Below, piece by piece: positions 36,680-43,995 of a DNA stretch of 64,000 bases. The translations under genes and the position numbers were made by a program. The DNA comes from an uncultured Mycoplasmatota bacterium (GTDB lineage: Bacteria > Bacillota_I > Bacilli_A > RF39 > UBA660). The notes beneath the pieces were generated by a model. That model saw only the letters and a list, made by a program, of their open reading frames with translations. It did not search any database and was not told the origin of the DNA. How positions within the stretch are numbered: position 1 is the first letter of the stretch; every line of letters starts with the position of its first letter. The stretch lies in assembly GCA_946402735.1 (NCBI GenBank), contig CAMIXH010000002.1, forward strand, positions 310,080-374,079, in the 5' to 3' direction.

Positions 36680-37994
36680 AAAATCTCCTAATTCCTGAAA
36701 TTCTTTCCTCTGTCTCAGCTACAGAGTATTTTTGGAATCTTCCTTTTTCCATTCCAATATATCCAACGTATCCTTTGAATCTAGCTGCTTTCTCACTTAC
36801 TCTTCTTCTAGATAGTAATACATTAGCTACTCCTTCTCTTAATCCACGAGATATAATAATTAAATTATCTTCACTATATAATTTAGTACTTACTACTTTA
36901 CCTTCCAATGAATCATCAAATGATAAGTAATCATGACCGATTACATGAGGATCAATTGTTTCATCACTCTTTCTAAGGAAGAATGAAGTACCATCAGTTC
37001 TATAATAGAAAATACAATTATTATTTAAAGCATCCATTGCTTCTTTACTATTTGGATCAGCTGTATATACAAAGAAATCATTACCATGTAAGAAGTAATC
37101 ATAATGAACAGCATCATCTTCTTTTATGGTACTATCATATAAAACAGATTTCATTTTACCATCACAGTATAATATACATCTATTATATTTACCCTCTGGA
37201 ATAATATGATAATAAATCTTTTTACCACGAGGATTAACAAATGACTTAGTGTCACTTTCTACTTTTCTTTGTTCTACTACTTTTTCATATGATCTTTGGA
37301 ATTCATCTCTAGTTAAGAATGAAGTTTGTGGAATTTCTTCATCTGTTGCTATATGATTTGGATCATTAAAGAAATATGTATTTGTTCCAAAGTATTGGAA
37401 AGTACATTTATTAGCATCTTCTGCAATACCAATATCAAAAGTTAAATCAACTGGTACTAATTTTCCATTTAATTCAACTAAATTCCATGCATGACCATGT
37501 TGTTTATTTTGATATATACATCTTATGCCCTGTCTTTCCATCATTTCTTTGTACATCATAGAAAATCCAGCACATACACTCATTCCTCTTAAAAATCCAA
37601 GAAGATTTCTATTCCAATCTCTTCCATTTAGATCAACATCTATGTGGTCATATTTCATGTTGTCACACATTTGTTGATATATAAACATTGCTTTATCAAC
37701 ATCATTCCAACCTGGTTTAATACCTTTTTCTATTGATTCCATTTTTTCAATGATTTTATATATTTCCATAGGTTTATATAATGTTCTAGCATAGTATTTT
37801 GGAGTATTAAATTTTGGTTTTTCTACTTCATCTAATCCACCAATGACTCTTACTACTATTGATGGTTTTACCCTAACAATTGCATTCTTATCAATACCTA
37901 CAGTATTTCTAAATACTATTGTTGTTCCATCAGGTAAATTATTAATTCTATCAACATCGCTTATAGTTAATCCATTAAATGTATAATTACTCAT
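36678..37994 (-). CDS. Transglutaminase-like cysteine protease-fold protein, cytoplasmic
   Basis: The Cys-His-Asp core is GMSVCAGFSMMYKEMMERQGI...GHAWNLVE...VPVDLTFD. There is no signal peptide. The start is moved to MSNYTF, overlapping the upstream stop. Confidence 0.6.
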   Translation of the reverse strand: MSNYTFNGLTISDVDRINNLPDGTTIVFRNTVGIDKNAIVRVKPSIVVRVIGGLDEVEKPKFNTPKYYARTLYKPMEIYKIIEKMESIEKGIKPGWNDVDKAMFIYQQMCDNMKYDHIDVDLNGRDWNRNLLGFLRGMSVCAGFSMMYKEMMERQGIRCIYQNKQHGHAWNLVELNGKLVPVDLTFDIGIAEDANKCTFQYFGTNTYFFNDPNHIATDEEIPQTSFLTRDEFQRSYEKVVEQRKVESDTKSFVNPRGKKIYYHIIPEGKYNRCILYCDGKMKSVLYDSTIKEDDAVHYDYFLHGNDFFVYTADPNSKEAMDALNNNCIFYYRTDGTSFFLRKSDETIDPHVIGHDYLSFDDSLEGKVVSTKLYSEDNLIIISRGLREGVANVLLSRRRVSEKAARFKGYVGYIGMEKGRFQKYSVAETEERISGIRRF

Positions 37995-38604
37995 TTTCAT
38001 CACCATCATTTACTAAATAAACATTATTATTGTCATAAACAAATACATTTAACATCTTTTTATAGAATTCTGTATTCTTTTCATATTCATCTTTAGATAT
38101 ATATAATTCATCTAAATTTGCTCTTTCAATAATGCCTATATCACTAATAGTAGAATTAGCTATATTAAGTTTCTTAACATTAGCAGGTATATCTTTAGTA
38201 ACTGTATAACCTTTAAAAGTTAAATCTTTAACATTTGGAAAATATGCTAAAAATTCTTCCTTAAAATTATCAGTACGTTCTACTCTTAATGTTTCAATCC
38301 TTTCAAATGGTTTATCAATAACACATAATAATTCACAATTTCTAAAAGTTAAATCATTAATATTACTATTGAATATATAGTTTACTGTATCAATATCAAT
38401 AATCATATCAACAAAAGTTAACTTTCTTAAATTAGCGAAAAATTGTAAGTCTTCTAAATAAAACTCCAATATAGTACCATCTATATCAAAATTTCTAATA
38501 GTTAGTTCTGTTATAGTGCTAAGATCTTCTTCAGTTATTTCACCATTAAACTTACCTAAAACAAGTTCTAACTCATCAATTATTTGTTTTGTTTTTAGAT
38601 TCAT
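37987..38604 (-). CDS. Leucine-rich-repeat (LRR) protein
   Basis: There are several repeats of about 22 aa of the L..L.I.N..I / L..L.F type (LTIRNFDI, LRKLTFVDM, INDLTFRNC, IETLRVERT, VKDLTFKGY, VKKLNIANS). There is no signal peptide. Confidence 0.55.
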   Translation of the reverse strand: MNLKTKQIIDELELVLGKFNGEITEEDLSTITELTIRNFDIDGTILEFYLEDLQFFANLRKLTFVDMIIDIDTVNYIFNSNINDLTFRNCELLCVIDKPFERIETLRVERTDNFKEEFLAYFPNVKDLTFKGYTVTKDIPANVKKLNIANSTISDIGIIERANLDELYISKDEYEKNTEFYKKMLNVFVYDNNNVYLVNDGDENE

Positions 38605-38607
38605 ACT

Positions 38608-38652
38608 ATCCTCCTATATCCTATCAATATAATAATACCATTTTTTTGTTAA
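38608..38652 (-). repeat. Promoter/SD module, copy A (upstream of the LRR gene)
   Basis: ATCCTCCTATATCCTATCAATATAATAATACCATTTTTTTGTTAA is nearly identical to 39097..39140. Confidence 0.85.
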
Positions 38653-38662
38653 ACAATCAAAA

Positions 38663-38692
38663 TAAAAAACTCAATCTAAACTAATTGAGTCT
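38663..38692 (-). terminator. Terminator after 38681..39091
   Basis: ACTCAAT-loop-ATTGAGT is followed by TTTTTTATTTT on the - strand. Confidence 0.65.
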
Positions 38693-39091
38693 TTTATCAC
38701 AATTTAATTCAAAATTTCCTTTTTCTACAGCGATAGGTCTTTTATTTATATATAAATCCTCTATACTAATAATTCTTTTTTCATTTTCATATTTATAATA
38801 ATCATCATATGCTACTATTTTATTAATGTTTCCTGCATCATCAAAACCTATATAATAGTTTATTGTTAACTCATCATGATAAAAATCGAATTCGCAACTA
38901 ATACCATCTATCCTACTATAGTATGCAATTCCAGGCTCATAATTATTTATTGCTTCTTTATATAGTATTCTAAGTTTAGCATAAAACAAATCAATATTAT
39001 ATTTTTCATTATTATTTCTAAATATTAAGAAGATAATTCTTATAATAACAATTATCAAGACAGCAATTATTATAAAGATCTTTTTTTTCAT
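38681..39091 (-). CDS. Membrane-anchored hypothetical protein
   Basis: A 136-aa ORF with an N-terminal TM helix and SD AGGAGGA. Confidence 0.45.
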   Translation of the reverse strand: MKKKIFIIIAVLIIVIIRIIFLIFRNNNEKYNIDLFYAKLRILYKEAINNYEPGIAYYSRIDGISCEFDFYHDELTINYYIGFDDAGNINKIVAYDDYYKYENEKRIISIEDLYINKRPIAVEKGNFELNCDKRLN

Positions 39092-39096
39092 TTAAT

Positions 39097-39140
39097 ATCC
39101 TCCTATATCTATCAATATAATAATACAATTTTTTTGTTAA
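39097..39140 (-). repeat. Promoter/SD module, copy B
   Basis: ATCCTCCTATATCTATCAATATAATAATACAATTTTTTTGTTAA differs from copy A by one indel and one substitution. Confidence 0.85.
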
Positions 39141-39178
39141 TAAAAAAAGACATTATATAAATGTCTCTATTTTACTCA

Positions 39179-39253
39179 TGGAGCAAGTGAAGGGAGTCGA
39201 ACCCTCGCCTCAGCCTTGGCAAGGCCACGTACTAGCCGTTGTACTACACCTGC
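39179..39253 (-). tRNA. tRNA-Gly (anticodon GCC)
   Basis: A manual cloverleaf fold fits. The acceptor is GCAGGTG/CACTTGC, the anticodon loop is TTGCCAA, the T-arm is GAGGG-TTCGACT-CCCTT, the discriminator is U, and CCA is encoded. Confidence 0.9.
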
Positions 39254-39315
39254 ATCAGTAATAATATTTTAACATATTTTTATAATAATTCAATATAAAA
39301 CAATAAAAAAGTGGA

Positions 39316-39954
39316 TTATTCTCCACTTAATTTCTTTGAAAATAGATAATTTATTGTATTTATTAAAACAAACAATAATGGAATACTAAGTATCATACCA
39401 CCTAATATATCAGATAAGTAATGAACACCTAAATATGGTCTTGAAAATGCTATTAGAAGGGCGAATATAGTAGCAAGTACAATTAATGCATTTCTTACTT
39501 CTTTTTTACTATTAAAAGTTAATAAATAAACAAGCATAACATAAAAAACAATTGATGTTAAAGTATGACCACTTGGAAAACTATAACTAGTTGGAATTGC
39601 TATTAAAGCACTACCTGGTCTTGGCCTTGCTATTAGTATTTTAGCAATATATGTTATTACTCCTGCTATTCCATAACTGGATGTTTGTAATATAACTATC
39701 CATTTATTCTTAACAAATAACATTAAACATAAAAGAATTAATAATGGTATATATATATTTCCAAAATAAGTAAATATTTTAAATACTTCAGTACCAGTAG
39801 TTGACCTGAAGTCATTTATAGCTTCAAAAAAATTATTATCAAATTTAATAATAGTTTCATATGTTTCAGAATTCATTACATAGTTAAAAATTAATATTAT
39901 TGCAAATATTAAAACCATATATACCCAATTGTTTTCTATTATCTTTTTTATCAT
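39316..39954 (-). CDS. PAP2-family phosphatase (BcrC/undecaprenyl-diphosphatase-like)
   Basis: PAP2 motifs are KILIARPRP, SFPSGHT and SRPYLGVHYLSDILGG. The protein is polytopic. Confidence 0.7.
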   Translation of the reverse strand: MIKKIIENNWVYMVLIFAIILIFNYVMNSETYETIIKFDNNFFEAINDFRSTTGTEVFKIFTYFGNIYIPLLILLCLMLFVKNKWIVILQTSSYGIAGVITYIAKILIARPRPGSALIAIPTSYSFPSGHTLTSIVFYVMLVYLLTFNSKKEVRNALIVLATIFALLIAFSRPYLGVHYLSDILGGMILSIPLLFVLINTINYLFSKKLSGE

Positions 39955-40016
39955 GAATTAATTATAACATAACAAATAAAAAAGTAATACAATTTTGTAT
40001 TACTCTTTTTCTTTAA

Positions 40017-40643
40017 TTATTTTGTTCCGTAAACTCTATCTCCAGCATCTCCAAGTCCTGGTAGAATATAACCTATATCATTTAATTTTCTATCTACTGA
40101 AGCACAATATATTTCTACATCAGGATATGTTTTTTGGATTGCTTTTAATCCTTCTGGAGCAGCTATTATACATAAGAACTTAATTTTCTTAACTCCATCA
40201 TCTTTTAATTTTTTAATAGTAGCTAGTGCACTACCACCTGTTGCTAACATTGGATCTAAGATCATTACTGTTCTTTTGTTTATTTCTTTTGGCATTTTAT
40301 AATAGTATTCTACTGGCTCTAAAGTTTCTTCATTTCTATATAAACCAATATGACCTATTTTAGCATTTGGAATAACTGTTATTATTCCATCTACCATACT
40401 CATACCTGCTCTTAAGATTGGTACAAATGCATAATCATCTTCATTTAATGAATATGTATTGTATTTTTCAAGTGGAGTTTCTATAACTGTTTTCTTTAAT
40501 TTAGCATCCTTTGTTGCTTCATAACACAATAGAACTGCTATTTCAGTTATTATTTCTCTAAACTCTTTTGTACCCGTTCTTTTATCTCTTAAAATTGATA
40601 ATTTGTGTGTAATAAGTGGATGACTTAATACTACTTCTTTCAT
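40017..40643 (-). CDS. upp: Uracil phosphoribosyltransferase
   Basis: It has HPLITHKLSILRDKRTGTKEFRE, the PRPP loop ILDPMLATGGSA and a C-terminal GDAGDR. Confidence 0.9.
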   Translation of the reverse strand: MKEVVLSHPLITHKLSILRDKRTGTKEFREIITEIAVLLCYEATKDAKLKKTVIETPLEKYNTYSLNEDDYAFVPILRAGMSMVDGIITVIPNAKIGHIGLYRNEETLEPVEYYYKMPKEINKRTVMILDPMLATGGSALATIKKLKDDGVKKIKFLCIIAAPEGLKAIQKTYPDVEIYCASVDRKLNDIGYILPGLGDAGDRVYGTK

Positions 40644-40653
40644 TTTAATCTCC

Positions 40654-41937
40654 TTATTTTTTCTCCTCAGGAATTGTTAGATTTAGAAGAATTCCGATTA
40701 TTGCTGCTAAAGACATACCTGATACTGATACAGATACATTTTTAGTTATAATTGATATTGCTGCTCCTCCAAGTCCTAATACTAACATTGTTGAAGCTAC
40801 AACTACGTTTTTAGTATTTCCAAAATCAACTTGATTTTGAATTAATATTTTAAGACCATTTACTGATATGAATCCATATAGTAATACAGCTACTCCACCA
40901 AGTACAGGTGTTGGGATTGATGAGATAACTCCTGTTAATTTACCTAAGAATCCGAATATAATTGCAATTACTGCTGCAAGTCCTGTTACCCAAACTGAAG
41001 CAACTTTTGTCATACCTACTACTGAAGTATTTTCACCATATGTTGTATTTGCTGGACCTCCAATTAAACCTGCTGCAAATGTTGCAAGTCCATCTCCCAT
41101 AAGTGTTCTATCTAGTCCTGGATCTTCAATTAAATCTTTATTAATTATTGAACCTAATACTTTGTGATCTCCAATATGTTCTGCTAGTGTTACTAATGCA
41201 ATTGGAACTATTGTTAGTAGTGCTCCAGCACTTAATTTGTAATGTAAGAATGGAATATAGAATTCTGGTACACTAATGAATTTAGCTGTTGATATTGCAC
41301 TATAATCTACTATTCCTAATATCATTGATGCAATATATCCTGCTACCATACCTATTAAGAAAGGTATTACTTTGAAGAATCCTTTTCCTCTTATAGCAAC
41401 AACTGCTGTTGTTAAAAATGCTACTAATGCTACAATAACATTTTTCCATGGAACTACTGTTTCATTTAATCCTATTTCACTTACTGCTGTTGGTGCAAGT
41501 GATAAACCTATAATCATAATCATAGGCCCTACTACTATTGGTGGTAACAACTTGTTAATCCATGATTTACCAACAAGTTTGATTATTAGAGCAACTAGAA
41601 CATATACAAGTCCTACTGCCATAATACCACTGAATACTCCAGCTTTACCTGCAAGAGCAAATCCTACAATCATTGGTGTAATGAATGCGAATGAGCTTCC
41701 TAAGTATACCGGACTTTTTCCTCTAGTACATACTATGTAGATTAATGTACCTATACCACTTGATACAAGAGCAACTGGTATTGAAAGTACATTACTTCCT
41801 GCTGAACTATTAACTAAGATAGGTACTAAAATAGTTGCTCCAAACATTGCAAATACATGTTGTAATGAAAGAAGTATCCATTTTAATACTGGTGGTTTGT
41901 CATTAACATCAAGTAACATTTTATTGTTTGCTTTCAT
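40654..41937 (-). CDS. pyrP: Uracil permease (NCS2 family)
   Basis: A 427-aa polytopic protein with the NCS2 pattern (LQHVFAMFGATILVP, EHIGD, GENTSVVGMT), adjacent to upp. Confidence 0.8.
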   Translation of the reverse strand: MKANNKMLLDVNDKPPVLKWILLSLQHVFAMFGATILVPILVNSSAGSNVLSIPVALVSSGIGTLIYIVCTRGKSPVYLGSSFAFITPMIVGFALAGKAGVFSGIMAVGLVYVLVALIIKLVGKSWINKLLPPIVVGPMIMIIGLSLAPTAVSEIGLNETVVPWKNVIVALVAFLTTAVVAIRGKGFFKVIPFLIGMVAGYIASMILGIVDYSAISTAKFISVPEFYIPFLHYKLSAGALLTIVPIALVTLAEHIGDHKVLGSIINKDLIEDPGLDRTLMGDGLATFAAGLIGGPANTTYGENTSVVGMTKVASVWVTGLAAVIAIIFGFLGKLTGVISSIPTPVLGGVAVLLYGFISVNGLKILIQNQVDFGNTKNVVVASTMLVLGLGGAAISIITKNVSVSVSGMSLAAIIGILLNLTIPEEKK

Positions 41938-41970
41938 TTTTTCCTCCTTCTAAACAATAAATTTTTTGTA

Positions 41971-42002
41971 GAAAAAAAGTCTCACCATTAAATGATGAGA
42001 CT
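41971..42002 (-). terminator. Intrinsic terminator (attenuator) in the pyrP-upp leader
   Basis: The - strand reads AGUCUCAUC-auuua-AUGGUGAGACU followed by UUUUUUUC, 35 nt before the pyrP SD/ATG. Confidence 0.7.
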
Positions 42003-42084
42003 AAATATTTAAGAAATTAACAAATCTAGTAGTACGTATACTACCTATACAATTTTTAAAAATTGTCATTGTCTTTTCTCTCAT
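42001..42084 (-). CDS. Possible 27-aa leader ORF (MREKTMTIFKNCIGSIRTTRFVNFLNI)
   Basis: SD GAAGGA lies 7 nt upstream. The stop UAG abuts the 5' arm of the terminator. Confidence 0.3.
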   Translation of the reverse strand: MREKTMTIFKNCIGSIRTTRFVNFLNI

Positions 42085-42138
42085 AATTTTTTCCTTCTTT
42101 TAAAGAATAACACATTGAATAATTAATTGCAAGTTATT

Positions 42139-43104
42139 TTATAAATTTCTTGTTATCTCCAACATTCTTCTTAAACATGGAAAATCACGATATCTATATT
42201 TATCATATTGATAATGTACTTCAAATGTATCATTAGCACCTTCTGCAATAATACTTAACACTCTAGGTGATTGCGTAGCTACATTACTTGGTCTATTAAC
42301 AAAATCATATCTACCTTGCATTTGATACATTTTAACTTGCATATCATATTCTAGTTTATCTATTGTATGCTCATATTGACCTTCAATAGTATCTCCATCT
42401 TCAAATTTTTGTAATCTTCCCATATGATGTTTACCATTCTTAGTATTTCCAAATATTCTAACAACTGCATTATTTGTTAGATTTCTTCTTTCTTCTTTAG
42501 TAATTCCATCAAATTCAGTAGGATCTCCAATTATAATTTCATCTGTTTCATGTATTAATAAAGTTTCATATATTTCATCAAAGTTTATTGCATAATCATA
42601 TTCACAATTAATACCTAAAGCAATTAATAAAGTTCCATATGTATGCTCTAAATCACTTTCAATTCTATCTCCTTTAGCTGCCCAATATATATGTCCTTTT
42701 CTAATTTGAGTTTGAAGTTGTTTAAAATTTCTTAATAATGTATTTAATTCTTCATTATCTCCTTTTGAATCAATTATAGTCTTAAAAACACTAGTTTTAG
42801 CTTGAATAGTTTCTCTTGTTAATTTTGTATCTAATTCATCAAGTAATGGTTGAAATTTCTTACTACCAGGTAATAATGGTAAGTAGTCTCTTACACTATC
42901 AAGTAATATCATTTTAATAACTTTATGAACATCATAATCATGTTCAGGATCTACATAATCATGAGTAAATAAAGCATCTAAACAAGCAAGAACTGTAATT
43001 TCTGCTTTACTATAATCTCTTATTGGATCTTGTTTAACTATTGTATATTTATTAGCATTAGCCGCTACATAAAAGTCAACTATATTCTTATTTTTACTAT
43101 CCAT
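42139..43104 (-). CDS. HD-domain (YfbR / 5'-deoxynucleotidase-like) protein with HE in place of HD
   Basis: IESDLEHTYGTLLIALG ... LLIHETDEIIIGD parallels the YfbR-type H...HD..E...GD pattern. Confidence 0.4.
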   Translation of the reverse strand: MDSKNKNIVDFYVAANANKYTIVKQDPIRDYSKAEITVLACLDALFTHDYVDPEHDYDVHKVIKMILLDSVRDYLPLLPGSKKFQPLLDELDTKLTRETIQAKTSVFKTIIDSKGDNEELNTLLRNFKQLQTQIRKGHIYWAAKGDRIESDLEHTYGTLLIALGINCEYDYAINFDEIYETLLIHETDEIIIGDPTEFDGITKEERRNLTNNAVVRIFGNTKNGKHHMGRLQKFEDGDTIEGQYEHTIDKLEYDMQVKMYQMQGRYDFVNRPSNVATQSPRVLSIIAEGANDTFEVHYQYDKYRYRDFPCLRRMLEITRNL

Positions 43105-43156
43105 ATTATAACCCCCATTGGTGACTTATATTATATATTTTTTTAACCAAAAGTCA

Positions 43157-43181
43157 ATAAAAAAAGACTATTTCTAGTCTT
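43157..43181 (-). terminator. Terminator after ogg
   Basis: AAGACTA-gaaa-TAGTCTT is followed by a T-run on the - strand and overlaps the stop codon. Confidence 0.65.
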
Positions 43182-43995
43182 TTATATTTCTTTCTACATG
43201 GAACATATATTGTATTATTAATCCTGAATATTTTCCAAATTTTTCTTTAGCAAATTTTTCTATACAATTTTGATCATTTTTAATATTATAATTTGAACTA
43301 ATATATTGCTTTACCCAAGTATCAATTGGAAAAACATCCATTCTTTTATATCCAAATAATAATATACATGAAGCTACTTTTAATCCAATACCTTTAACAC
43401 TTTTTAATATAGCTAAAGCATTTTCTGTACTTAGATTTTCAATATCCTTAATAGTTTCATATTTATTTAGAAAATCTACTAAATATTTATCTCTAAAACC
43501 TACTCCATATTTTCTAAAATCTTCTTCTTTTAGATTCTTTAATACTTCATATTTTGGAAATAAATAATATTCTTTATTTTCAAATACAATTCTTTCACCA
43601 TAATCATGTGATAATTTTTCTATAGTATTTGATATTCTTTTAACATTATTGTTTTGACTTATTATATAACTAATAAACATCTCAAATGAGTTTTGATTTA
43701 GTATCTTATATCCACTACATTTATTAATCATATCTTTTAAATCTGGATTATTTTTTACTATTTCTTTATTAATTGACTCGTAGTCAGTTTCTAAATCAAG
43801 ATAATTAATAACAAAGTTTTTAATATTATCCATATTAGAAGATTTAATAATTATATTATTACCATCTTGTTTAAAATTAACAACTCTATCACTTAATATA
43901 TTAGTAAAACTACCATCAGATTCTTCTATTGCTCTAAAACATGAACCACTTAATAATGTACCTTTTAAATCAATATTATCTACTTCTATTATCAT
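43174..43995 (-). CDS. ogg: 8-oxoguanine DNA glycosylase / AP lyase (HhH-GPD, Ogg type)
   Basis: The HhH-GPD motif is LKSVKGIGLKVASCILLFGY....FPIDTWV, with the lyase Lys in GIGLK. Confidence 0.7.
   Translation of the reverse strand: MIIEVDNIDLKGTLLSGSCFRAIEESDGSFTNILSDRVVNFKQDGNNIIIKSSNMDNIKNFVINYLDLETDYESINKEIVKNNPDLKDMINKCSGYKILNQNSFEMFISYIISQNNNVKRISNTIEKLSHDYGERIVFENKEYYLFPKYEVLKNLKEEDFRKYGVGFRDKYLVDFLNKYETIKDIENLSTENALAILKSVKGIGLKVASCILLFGYKRMDVFPIDTWVKQYISSNYNIKNDQNCIEKFAKEKFGKYSGLIIQYMFHVERNIKD

Noticed and set aside
41938-42138. A PyrR-binding anti-antiterminator element in the pyrP leader.
   Set aside because: I could not find the conserved PyrR loop sequence (UCCAGAGAGG-like) on the transcribed strand. 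Only a terminator and a small ORF are evident, so the finding is reported as an attenuator of unknown mechanism.
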